Positions 50,303-58,807 of a stretch of DNA of 64,000 bases are shown here, piece after piece. The stretch covers positions 2,368,001-2,432,000 of the forward strand of contig OY761556.1 of NCBI GenBank assembly GCA_963664705.1, given 5' to 3'. The number at the start of each line of letters is the position of its first letter. Positions within the stretch are counted from its first letter, which is position 1. The stretch comes from Acidobacteriota bacterium (GTDB lineage Bacteria > Acidobacteriota > UBA6911). The notes under the pieces were generated by a model that saw nothing but the letters and a program-made list of their open reading frames with translations, was not told the origin of the DNA and made no database searches. The position numbers were made by a program, and so were the translations under genes.

Positions 50303-51772
50303 ATGGCATTAGACAAGGACATCTATGCGGCATTCGAAGATATAGTGGGACCGGAAAACATCTGCAATGATCCCGTGATCACGCCTTCGTATCACGCAAC
50401 CGAGTTCGCGGCAGTTGTTCTCCCGAAGAATACAGCCGAGGTACAATCCATCGTCCGGTTGTGCAACAAACTCAAATTGAAATTCCGACCGGTCTGCACG
50501 GGATGGACCGGCACATTCCAGCCGGGAATCGTTTATCTCGATCTGCGGCGTATGAATCGTATCATCGAGATCAACGAAAAGAACATGTACGCCGTTGTGG
50601 AACCCTACGTCATCTCGGCCCAGCTGCAGGCAGAACTGATGAAAAGAGGCCTGCACTTCAATGTGAAGGGCGCGGGAACCAACTGCTCCGCGATGCTGAG
50701 AGGACATGGACACCTTGACCAGAGCACCAGCGGTGACGACCGGAACCACCTTGCCATCGAGTGGGTGACTCCGGAAGGAGACATCGTTCGATCGGGCGCT
50801 CTCGGCTCTTCTGACGAATGGTTCAGCGGCGACGGCCCCGGCCCATCCATACGATCCATTCTCACAAGCGCCGTGCCTCCGGGAGTAACTCCGGGCGTAT
50901 TTACCAAGGCCGCGGTAAAGGTCTATCACTGGCCGGGACCCGCCAAATTCCCCATCCAGGGAGTATCGCCGAATTATTCCCTGAGCGAAATTCCCACCAA
51001 CATGATGGCTCGTTACTACAGCTTCCCTTCTGTCGAGAAGATGTGGCAGGCGGAAATCAAGTTGGGAGAAAATGAAATCGCGTTTGAACTGATGGGATTC
51101 AACATCTCGATGGTTGCAGCCAATATCACAACCAGCAACGAGGAGGAGGAAGCCACCTTCAAACGGATGAACCAGGAGGTACAAGGCCCCGGGTTCTTCA
51201 TCATCCTGGCGGGCAATTCCGCCGCAGACTTCGCCTACAAAAAGCTCGCTCTGGAGCAGATCGTGAGCGAAGCCGGCGGCATATCGCTAAAATCGTGCGA
51301 GGACCCAAGAATAGAGGGAATCCTGATTTGTCAGTGCATTCGCGTCTCGGCTTCCATCCGCGAGACTTTCCGCGCAGGCGGCGCTTTCAGTTCAATCCCG
51401 GTGATGGGCCAGCGCGATCTAACGATCAAATGGGCTATCGGTGCCGGCAAGGCCAAGGAGCCGCTGATCCAGCAGGGCCTCATTGTTGATGATGGTGGCG
51501 CCTTCTTCGGCTGGGGCGTTGAGCAGGGCCATCTCGGAAAAACCGAGATTTTCTGCAAATTCGATCCCCAGAATCTGGAAGCAAAAGCAGCCGTGGAAAA
51601 GTGGAACCAGGAACAGAGTGCGCGCGCATTCAAAGAACGCTACTTTGCTCCGTTGATGAGCCCGACAGAGGAGATAGGGCCCGGTATGTCCAACTATCAC
51701 CTATGGTGGAACAAGATTACCAAAGCTCTCGATCCGAATGGCGTGGTCCCCGCAGCGGGAGCGCTAGTGTAA
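50303..51772 (+). CDS. second FAD-binding oxidoreductase (VAO/PCMH superfamily)
   Basis: VVLPKNTAEVQSIV, DLRRMNRIIEI, VVEPYV, EWVTPEG, KALDPNG. Confidence 0.83.
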   Translation: MALDKDIYAAFEDIVGPENICNDPVITPSYHATEFAAVVLPKNTAEVQSIVRLCNKLKLKFRPVCTGWTGTFQPGIVYLDLRRMNRIIEINEKNMYAVVEPYVISAQLQAELMKRGLHFNVKGAGTNCSAMLRGHGHLDQSTSGDDRNHLAIEWVTPEGDIVRSGALGSSDEWFSGDGPGPSIRSILTSAVPPGVTPGVFTKAAVKVYHWPGPAKFPIQGVSPNYSLSEIPTNMMARYYSFPSVEKMWQAEIKLGENEIAFELMGFNISMVAANITTSNEEEEATFKRMNQEVQGPGFFIILAGNSAADFAYKKLALEQIVSEAGGISLKSCEDPRIEGILICQCIRVSASIRETFRAGGAFSSIPVMGQRDLTIKWAIGAGKAKEPLIQQGLIVDDGGAFFGWGVEQGHLGKTEIFCKFDPQNLEAKAAVEKWNQEQSARAFKERYFAPLMSPTEEIGPGMSNYHLWWNKITKALDPNGVVPAAGALV

Positions 51773-51861
51773 CAGTAGTCAGTAGTCAGTAGTCAGTAGT
51801 CAGTGGGCAGTGGATGGAACAAGTGTTCACACTGCCTACTGAATACTGCCTACTGACTACT
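51773..51861. repeat. inverted array of 7-bp tandem repeats between convergent genes
   Basis: (CAGTAGT)x4 CAGTGGG CAGTGGA, spacer, then ACTGCCT ACTGAAT ACTGCCT ACTGACT ACT. Confidence 0.9.
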
Positions 51862-51870
51862 CGCCAGCCG

Positions 51871-53757
51871 TTAGTTGTTCCAATCCTTTACTAATTCTGA
51901 CAAGCCTAATTCCTCTACTGTCTGCTTTGTCGGCATCCCGGTTTTGATATCCCACCCCATTGCGCTAAAATAGCCTTCCTTCAGGGCCTGAAAGTCAATC
52001 TTCGGCGGAGCACCATTCTGAACAGGCAGCGGCTCCTCTTTCATCCTGGCGGGAAGATCAATCTGATCCGGTGTAATCCCTTCCCTGGCTGTGAAAGCCT
52101 GCCGCAGCGTCAGAATCCTGCGTCCGGTTTTGAGCGCCTCCTCCCAACTCAGATCCCATCCTGTTACGCCGGCAAGCAATTCGGCTACGGCCGGAGGCTG
52201 CGTGTTGACCGCATAGAGAGCGCATAGCCCGGACACATCCATCAATAATTGATAGGCGGCTCCGGTCGAATAGATCATTCCCTTCTTATCGAAATCCGCA
52301 AAAGGACTCAGTTTCGGCACCTGCAGCGCCGGATCAGTTCCGAGCGGAGCTCCGTTCTCGAGCATGCCGATGACCTGGCTGTTCATATGGTGGCCGGGAT
52401 TTGCATCAGCAATAAAGGCAGTTCCTCCCGCCGGGCTCATTCGGGGATCATGGAAAGGCAATCCCTTCCCTCGAACTGCCACCGAGAATCGCTCCGATCC
52501 ACGGCCGATCCGTTCGGCGGCCTTTGTGGGACCATCCGCGAGGACAGCTCCGAATCCCTCTCTCCTGGCTATTTTTTCGGTCAGAGCCACGATGGCTTCC
52601 GCATTCCCCCAGGCTAAATCCAGGCCATCCGTATCCTGCATCCCGATCAGCCCGTTTTCATAGCATTCCATTGCGAACGCGATAACCGTACCGGTAGAAA
52701 TGGTATCAATTCCATACCGGTTGCAGATGTCATTGGCCTTGATCACAGCCTCCTGGTTATCATTCACAAGCAGCGTACCCAGAGCGGCCAGCGTCTCATA
52801 TTCGGGCCGGTGCATCTCGCCGGGGATCGCAAAGGGTCCCTCTTTTTGTTCAATGATGGCGCCGCAACGAATAGGGCAGGCCTGGCAGGCATAGCCGCCT
52901 TTTTTGTACTTATCCATGTTGCCGCTGTCGAGCTTGTTGGCTGTCGGCATGGATTCTGTCCCGGTCAGCCGCCAGTTTTTGACCGGAGAATCCCCGATCG
53001 ATACAAGGAAGCTGACTGCGCCGCCAGTGCCGGCCGCCGTTAGCCCTTTTCCAAACTCGCTGGATTTGATAATGGACAAAAAACGATCCGTGGCTTCGCG
53101 CAGTTTGGCTCGGTCCGCGATGGGTATTTTTTTCGTGCCACCTCTGACGGCGACGGCCTTCAATAACTTGGAACCCATGACGGCGCCAACGCCGCCACGA
53201 GCCGCAATCCGTCCTTTCTCATTTACAATACCCGCGAGCAGTGATTGGGCTTCACCCGCAGGACCGATGGAGGCAACCTTCAATCTGTCGTCACCGATCT
53301 CCCTGCAAATCCTCCCTTCCGTTTCATAGGTATCAAGGCCCCACAATCCGGACGCATCACGAAGTTCCGCCTTTCCGTCCCGAATCAGCAGATACACGGG
53401 CCTGGGGGAAGCTCCCTTGAAAAAAATGGCGTCATACCCGGCTGTCTTCAGTTCAGGCCCGAAGGTGCCCCCCGCATTGGATTCGCACCATGTGCCCGTA
53501 AGTGGGGATTTGGTAACGACACCATATCTTCCGCTTCCGGGCACGGTCGTCCCGGTGAGCGTTCCCACAACAAATCCCAACATATTATCTGTGCCGAGTG
53601 GATCGACTCCGGCTTTCATCTGCTCGTATAAAACTCGGATGCCAAATCCGTAGCCGCCGATAAACTGGCGGCACATCTCCTCCGGCAGATCCATTTCCTG
53701 CATTGAATGTTTACTTAGGTCTACAAAAAGAATTCTCCCCGCATATCCGCAGAGCAT
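51871..53757 (-). CDS. aor: tungsten-type aldehyde:ferredoxin oxidoreductase (AOR family; start revised to ATG 53757)
   Basis: GYAGRILFVDLS, KSPLTG, GVGAVMGSKLLKAV, CQACPIRC, PEYET, HDPR; GGAGGT RBS. Confidence 0.93.
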   Translation of the reverse strand: MLCGYAGRILFVDLSKHSMQEMDLPEEMCRQFIGGYGFGIRVLYEQMKAGVDPLGTDNMLGFVVGTLTGTTVPGSGRYGVVTKSPLTGTWCESNAGGTFGPELKTAGYDAIFFKGASPRPVYLLIRDGKAELRDASGLWGLDTYETEGRICREIGDDRLKVASIGPAGEAQSLLAGIVNEKGRIAARGGVGAVMGSKLLKAVAVRGGTKKIPIADRAKLREATDRFLSIIKSSEFGKGLTAAGTGGAVSFLVSIGDSPVKNWRLTGTESMPTANKLDSGNMDKYKKGGYACQACPIRCGAIIEQKEGPFAIPGEMHRPEYETLAALGTLLVNDNQEAVIKANDICNRYGIDTISTGTVIAFAMECYENGLIGMQDTDGLDLAWGNAEAIVALTEKIARREGFGAVLADGPTKAAERIGRGSERFSVAVRGKGLPFHDPRMSPAGGTAFIADANPGHHMNSQVIGMLENGAPLGTDPALQVPKLSPFADFDKKGMIYSTGAAYQLLMDVSGLCALYAVNTQPPAVAELLAGVTGWDLSWEEALKTGRRILTLRQAFTAREGITPDQIDLPARMKEEPLPVQNGAPPKIDFQALKEGYFSAMGWDIKTGMPTKQTVEELGLSELVKDWNN

Positions 53758-53851
53758 ACGACCTCCAAAAGAATGACCGATACCTGGACAGACTGCGACG
53801 CCATGGATCAATGATGGTAGGCAGTATACAGGGAAGCTGTATAATGCCGCA

Positions 53852-54598
53852 ATGCGATTGATGATTAGCGTAGTGTCGGCAGTGGAGGCAGCCAGGGCAC
53901 GCAGCGGCGGAGCTTCGCTTCTGGATGTGAAGAATCCAGAGGAGGGGTCCCTGGGTGCCCAGTGCCCCGAGGTAATCCGCGAGATAAGGAATGTTGCGGG
54001 GGCAGGGGCCGATCTCAGTGTTGCAATTGGCGATATGCCCAACCTTCCTGGAACAGCAGCGCTGGCAGCGCTTGGCGCCGCCGCCTGCGGCGCGGACTAC
54101 ATTAAGGTCGGACTCCATGGCGTGCACAACTATATCGATGCGATCCGCCTTCTGCGCGGAATAAAGGAATCGGTCGTCGGATATAAAACAAAGGTCATTG
54201 CCGCCGCCTATGCGGACTATCGCAATATAGGATCCCTTGATCCGGGCTGCCTTCCGCTCGTTGCTGAGTCTGTGGGGGTCGATGGATACTTGATTGATAC
54301 GGCGGTCAAGGATGGAAGGACGCTGTTGGACTATTATTCAGCGGAGGATCTGGCAATCCTTGCCAACGAGGCGCATGCCCGGGGCCTTCTTTTTGGAGCG
54401 GCGGGAGCGCTTCGGAAAGAGCATCTGCCTCTGTTGCAGGCTGCGGGTGTCGATGTTGCCGGACTTCGCTCAGCAGTATGCAATAACGGCATCCGTACCG
54501 GCACGTTGGATTCCGGTCGCGTCCGCGAACTGATTCAGATGTATGGCGGCTTCTTTGCCGCCAGCTCCACGAATTTGCACAAAGCCGATCTAAGGTGA
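53852..54598 (+). CDS. mfnB: (5-formylfuran-3-yl)methyl phosphate synthase MfnB-like (DUF556, Orf22)
   Basis: LLDVKNPEEGSLGA, SVAIGD, DYIKVG, YADY, DTAVKDG, GLRSAVC. Confidence 0.88.
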   Translation: MRLMISVVSAVEAARARSGGASLLDVKNPEEGSLGAQCPEVIREIRNVAGAGADLSVAIGDMPNLPGTAALAALGAAACGADYIKVGLHGVHNYIDAIRLLRGIKESVVGYKTKVIAAAYADYRNIGSLDPGCLPLVAESVGVDGYLIDTAVKDGRTLLDYYSAEDLAILANEAHARGLLFGAAGALRKEHLPLLQAAGVDVAGLRSAVCNNGIRTGTLDSGRVRELIQMYGGFFAASSTNLHKADLR

Positions 54599-55246
54599 AC
54601 TCGACGCTCGGATGTGCGTTCCCATCGTATGTCCTGTTCTCAGCAATTCCGTGAGACGGCCGGGTTGCATACCATTCACGATCCAGGCTTCAACACTGCT
54701 TTCGCCCAATGCCCGGGACAGGTATTCATCGACTCCTCCGCTATGCTCTTTCAACTGCGCGCACGTCATCTCCGCGATTATCCCGTTGGGATTCAATAGT
54801 CCGTCGACATCCTTGAGAAGGATCAGTCGGGCACAGCCGATGCGTGCGGCGATCCATGCCGCAATGGAATCAGAGGTTACATGCCATGAATGCGGCAGAG
54901 GATCTTCGCGCATCATGATTGTCGCGGGAAGAAGTATCGAGGTTTCGCCGGACATGGCTTTGGTGCAGGCAATGTCAAGATCATGGGTAAGACGGCAGTC
55001 CCTCATCAGATGATGCAGAACATAGCCGTATTGATCCATGGCCAGCAACGCCATGTTGTGAGCAGCCGTCTGCTCCAGATGATATCGGCGATCCGCTTTG
55101 CGCACCTGGTCGGCAAAATCTCCTCCACCGGGTATTACCAGCAGTGAGCGCTCTTTCCCCAATCGGTTTATCTCTTCGCAAAGGGTATTCAGTCCGTTCC
55201 CACGGCTAAGACTGCCCCCGACTTTGAGCACCGCGTCGAGATTCAT
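54590..55246 (-). CDS. amino-acid-kinase family protein, MfnE-like (Orf21; start revised to ATG 55246)
   Basis: VLKVGGSL, PGGGDFADQVR, AHNMALLAMDQYG, PHSWHVTSDSIA, KDVDG. Confidence 0.82.
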   Translation of the reverse strand: MNLDAVLKVGGSLSRGNGLNTLCEEINRLGKERSLLVIPGGGDFADQVRKADRRYHLEQTAAHNMALLAMDQYGYVLHHLMRDCRLTHDLDIACTKAMSGETSILLPATIMMREDPLPHSWHVTSDSIAAWIAARIGCARLILLKDVDGLLNPNGIIAEMTCAQLKEHSGGVDEYLSRALGESSVEAWIVNGMQPGRLTELLRTGHTMGTHIRASSSP

Positions 55247-56286
55247 GCCAATTCCCTGCTCAGATGACGCGCCAGCAACTGCGCCACAGCAAGGCTGGGC
55301 GCAACCGCCGACTCCTTTTTTCCAAGATTGCCGGGGATTGTACCGATGTCCAATCCTGCCTTTTCGGCCGCCGCTTTGGCTAGAAAAGAACCGGCTCCCA
55401 AAACCACGACTGAATGCCTGCGCAATTGCGGCAGCCGGGCAACTACCTGCTCGATTCCTGTTTGAATCTGCCGCACCTGGCATGCGGCCAGATACCGGGC
55501 TATCCCATCAATCTGAGCGGCCTCAAGCGCCTCCATATCTGCACATACGAGACGCGCAATGCGTCTGCGCGCAGAATCGATCGAAACCGATTCGCTATCA
55601 GGTGTCGGGCAATGATACTCGTCGACTTGCAGATTTCCGAGAATCAGGTGGATATCGCCGCTAATCGCAAAATATTCCGAAGCCACCGGACAAAATCGGG
55701 CTGAAACCGGTACGGCCGGTGCAATCGCCGCCAGATTTGTTCGCAGTGCCCCGGTGTACACCAACTCTCCCGCAAGCAGTCGATCCAAATCCGTGCGTCC
55801 CAGGGCAGCCACACGCCCATCAATGATCGGCATTATGTCGGTGGTTGTGCTGCCGGTGTCGATCACCAGGCCGTCCGACATTTGCCGGGCCACCCATTGT
55901 GCCGTGGCCATCCAGTTCGAAGCAGCAAAATCAAGCGGGCGCAGGCCCGCATCCTCCAGCGAAACAAACTCTCCGGCGAGACTAAAAACAAAGGTCTTCA
56001 CTTCAGGAAATGCTGTCTTGAAGCAGCTTAGAACGTACAGGACACCTTCGCGCTTGGTCAGGAATGCATCGGACAGTTCAGCCGTCATGGTGATGGCGGC
56101 AGTGTGCGGATCTGCGGCGCCGCGAACCGCACCCCAAACCTCCAGCAATACCTTGGGCAAGTCCTGCTTATGGCGCCATATCTCAAATGCTTGCGATGCC
56201 ACAAACGCTTCATCGCCCAAAGCTTTCCCGCAATTCCATCGCGCCGCTTTTATATTGGCCGCCCCGATATCCCAACCAACGATCAT
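55243..56286 (-). CDS. hydantoinase A-like H4MPT-linked C1 protein, MfnF-like (Orf9)
   Basis: GWDIGAANIK, TMTAELSDAF, ASNWMA, DTGSTTTDI, ELVYTGALRT, RIARLVCAD. Confidence 0.88.
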   Translation of the reverse strand: MIVGWDIGAANIKAARWNCGKALGDEAFVASQAFEIWRHKQDLPKVLLEVWGAVRGAADPHTAAITMTAELSDAFLTKREGVLYVLSCFKTAFPEVKTFVFSLAGEFVSLEDAGLRPLDFAASNWMATAQWVARQMSDGLVIDTGSTTTDIMPIIDGRVAALGRTDLDRLLAGELVYTGALRTNLAAIAPAVPVSARFCPVASEYFAISGDIHLILGNLQVDEYHCPTPDSESVSIDSARRRIARLVCADMEALEAAQIDGIARYLAACQVRQIQTGIEQVVARLPQLRRHSVVVLGAGSFLAKAAAEKAGLDIGTIPGNLGKKESAVAPSLAVAQLLARHLSRELA

Positions 56287-57377
56287 CCCTGCACCGCCAA
56301 ATTCCCCATAAGCCGATCGGAAAGCCCCCAGGTCCGAAAGTCATTTTTTAGAATAGTGACCTGTCCGGAAATCGGAATCTGCTCAGGCAGCATTCCGTGT
56401 AGACAAGCCTTAAAAATAGCCTCCGCAAGGTTCACCCGGCTTACCTGCCGCAAGCCGATATAGGAAGTCGTCAGCCTCGGATTGATTTCGATCAACTGTG
56501 CCACACCTTCAGTCAAAACAAGATCCACCCCCACATAGCCTTGCAATCCGGGAATGGATCGTACCGCGGAACAGGCCAATTCCGATACATCCCGGGCCAA
56601 TGGGCTTTGAAACGGAACCCGGCTTCCCATGTATTTTAGTTGTGAACCAGTTTCCATCAGCTGTTCATTGAGGCTTATCGCCATGCAATGATCGCGGGAA
56701 GCCAGAACGGATACACTGACGGAACGTCCGGCGACATAGGGCTGCAGCAGGAATTGATTGTGCGATGTGGACTGCCGAACCTGTCGCAGCGCCTTGTTGA
56801 TTTCGCTCCTGTCCTGAACACAACATACGCCATCGCTCCCCGCACCATCCAGCGGCTTGAGCACCAATGGAAAAGCAGACAGGTTGAAAATATCGGTGCC
56901 ACAATCAAAGGGGAGACATCGAGTTTGTGGAGAAGGAAGCTTCCTGTTCAAAAAAACATCGTGGCACAATGCTTTATTCCCGGTCAGCGCCGCAGCAGAA
57001 CTGCAGGAACCCAGAACCGGTATATCCTTATCTTCAGCCTGCTTTGTAAGTGCAGCCAGGATATTATCCGTCTCCGGTGCAATAATAAGCACGGCGTCAC
57101 ATAGTTCCAGTAATGTACCAAACCCATTGCAGGGGCAGTCCTCCGAAATGGAAATGACCTGATCGGCAGGCAGGGTGGTACGGTTGAGTCCGGGAATTCG
57201 ATCTTCAACGTGGGAATCCAGAGCAGCGATTGTCCGAACTTCTCCCCAGTGTTTGAAATCGGTCAGGAGCGCCCAAATCATGCCGAGCGCTTCGATTGCC
57301 AGATCGGCAGGAATATCCTTGCCGAGGCAACCGCCGCCGGTAAAGAATTCATAGACCAGAACTGTTGAGGAAGACAT
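56283..57377 (-). CDS. ATP-grasp ligase, MfnD/tyramine-glutamate ligase-like (Orf1)
   Basis: VYEFFTGGG, IIAPET, VLKPLDGAGS, GYVGVDLV, IEINPRLTTSYIGL; start could extend to 57386 or 57395. Confidence 0.85.
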   Translation of the reverse strand: MSSSTVLVYEFFTGGGCLGKDIPADLAIEALGMIWALLTDFKHWGEVRTIAALDSHVEDRIPGLNRTTLPADQVISISEDCPCNGFGTLLELCDAVLIIAPETDNILAALTKQAEDKDIPVLGSCSSAAALTGNKALCHDVFLNRKLPSPQTRCLPFDCGTDIFNLSAFPLVLKPLDGAGSDGVCCVQDRSEINKALRQVRQSTSHNQFLLQPYVAGRSVSVSVLASRDHCMAISLNEQLMETGSQLKYMGSRVPFQSPLARDVSELACSAVRSIPGLQGYVGVDLVLTEGVAQLIEINPRLTTSYIGLRQVSRVNLAEAIFKACLHGMLPEQIPISGQVTILKNDFRTWGLSDRLMGNLAVQG

Positions 57378-58155
57378 GCGAATCATACCCGTCATCGATC
57401 TATTAAACGGTTTTGCGGTTCACGCCATCAAGGGGGACCGAAAAAACTACCGGCCGCTTCACAGCATACTATGCAGCCAACCGGATCCTATCACAATCGC
57501 TCGATCTTTTCGGACCCAGCTCGGACTCAAGGAACTTTACCTGGCTGACCTGGATTGCATTCAGTACCGCGACAGCGCAAAGCATCGCCGGTTGATATCC
57601 AGCCTGGCGACAAACGAGTCCATGGATATTATCCTGGATGCAGGCGTTTCCGAGATTGAGGCCGCCATTGATTGGATAAACGCAGGAATCCACAAGATTG
57701 TCATCGGATCTGAGACGCTGCGGGCACTCAGCGTCATTGCGCAAATTCCGCAAACCCTCGACAAAAATCGCATTGTTTTCAGCCTTGATCTCCAGTCCGG
57801 CGCCATCCTGTCTCAATGCAGTGAATTCGCGGCCCTGTCCCCGATCGAAGCACTGGACCTGCTTCAATCGGCTGGATGGCAAGAGGTCATTCTGTTGGAT
57901 CTCACCCGTGTCGGCAGCGGGATGGGCATCGACCGGAATCTGGTTGCCGAGACACGACGAAGATTTCCGGAAATGAACCTGCTGGTTGGAGGCGGGATTG
58001 CCGGCCCTGAACAGATGTCGGAGCTTTGGGAATCAGGCGTTGCCGGGGTATTGCTGGCGACAGCGCTGCATAACGGAACCATTACAACCCAAAACATTTC
58101 CGCAATGCAGGAGCCGCAAAAAAAGAGGTGCCCCGCTTTCACCGCGGGGCACTGA
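57376..58155 (+). CDS. HisA/HisF-related TIM-barrel protein of C1-transfer clusters (Orf17)
   Basis: IIPVIDL, YLADLD, LDAGV, FSLDL, LDLTRVGSGMG, GGGI, ATALH. Confidence 0.87.
   Translation: MRIIPVIDLLNGFAVHAIKGDRKNYRPLHSILCSQPDPITIARSFRTQLGLKELYLADLDCIQYRDSAKHRRLISSLATNESMDIILDAGVSEIEAAIDWINAGIHKIVIGSETLRALSVIAQIPQTLDKNRIVFSLDLQSGAILSQCSEFAALSPIEALDLLQSAGWQEVILLDLTRVGSGMGIDRNLVAETRRRFPEMNLLVGGGIAGPEQMSELWESGVAGVLLATALHNGTITTQNISAMQEPQKKRCPAFTAGH
58118..58152 (-). terminator. rho-independent terminator of fae, inside the 3' end of orf17
   Basis: GTGCCCCGC-N7-GCGGGGCAC stem with a T7 run on the minus strand. Confidence 0.75.
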
Positions 58156-58185
58156 TATTGAGTCTCCCGATTATGGACTTCGGCT

Positions 58186-58698
58186 TTATTTATATGCCGC
58201 GAAGGGATGAGCCAGCTCACCTTTCTTCGCCTGAATTTCCGCAGCCTTCGGCTCCCCGGCAACAGCGCGCTGGATGGCAAGCTTCGTGGCTTCGTAATTG
58301 AACTTCTGGATCTTGGCATCGTCCTTCGCTTCCCAATGGATGAACACGCCAACCAGAACAAATATATCCTCGGCCTCTGCCGCCGGAATCGTTCCCTCTT
58401 CCACGCAATCGGCCACGGCCATTGCCACAGCCCGCTGTGCAGGCCCAAACATCTGCACCGCCTGCGTCGCATTCTTTATCGTCACTTTATTGAACATGAC
58501 GGTGGAAGGTTTGCATACGAGGTTCGGAGCTACTACGGCCAGCAATGCGGTAAACCCGTCTTTGTTGTTTGTGAGCGTATTGCAAAAAGCTGTTTCGGCA
58601 GCACTCCCGCGAGGTCCCATCAACAGATCGATATGAGCAACTTCATTTCCATCGCCGATCAGAGCTTCGCCTACCATCACACGATTTATTTTTGCCAT
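58186..58698 (-). CDS. fae: formaldehyde-activating enzyme
   Basis: [14 protein letters not shown](22)[43 protein letters not shown]; AGGAGG RBS. Confidence 0.96.
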   Translation of the reverse strand: MAKINRVMVGEALIGDGNEVAHIDLLMGPRGSAAETAFCNTLTNNKDGFTALLAVVAPNLVCKPSTVMFNKVTIKNATQAVQMFGPAQRAVAMAVADCVEEGTIPAAEAEDIFVLVGVFIHWEAKDDAKIQKFNYEATKLAIQRAVAGEPKAAEIQAKKGELAHPFAAYK

Positions 58699-58741
58699 TT
58701 CGCCTCCTAATAATTCGAGAACCGTTCAGTTTGGTGCTGGA

Positions 58742-58770
58742 TCTATATATCGCATAGTACATTTTGTCAA
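58742..58770 (-). promoter_or_regulatory. candidate sigma70 promoter of fae
   Basis: Perfect TTGACA, 17 nt spacer, then AT-rich TATAGA (imperfect -10). Confidence 0.45.
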
Positions 58771-58807
58771 CACGATTCGAAATACACCACTTTTAATAAC
58801 TTTGTTT

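Noticed and set aside
51773-51861. Possible CRISPR array
   Set aside because: 7-bp units with no unique spacers and no cas genes.
53758-54042. N-terminal extension of AOR overlapping mfnB in the ORF track
   Set aside because: The AOR family start (GYAGRIL) and RBS point to ATG 53757; the extension is an ORF-calling artefact.
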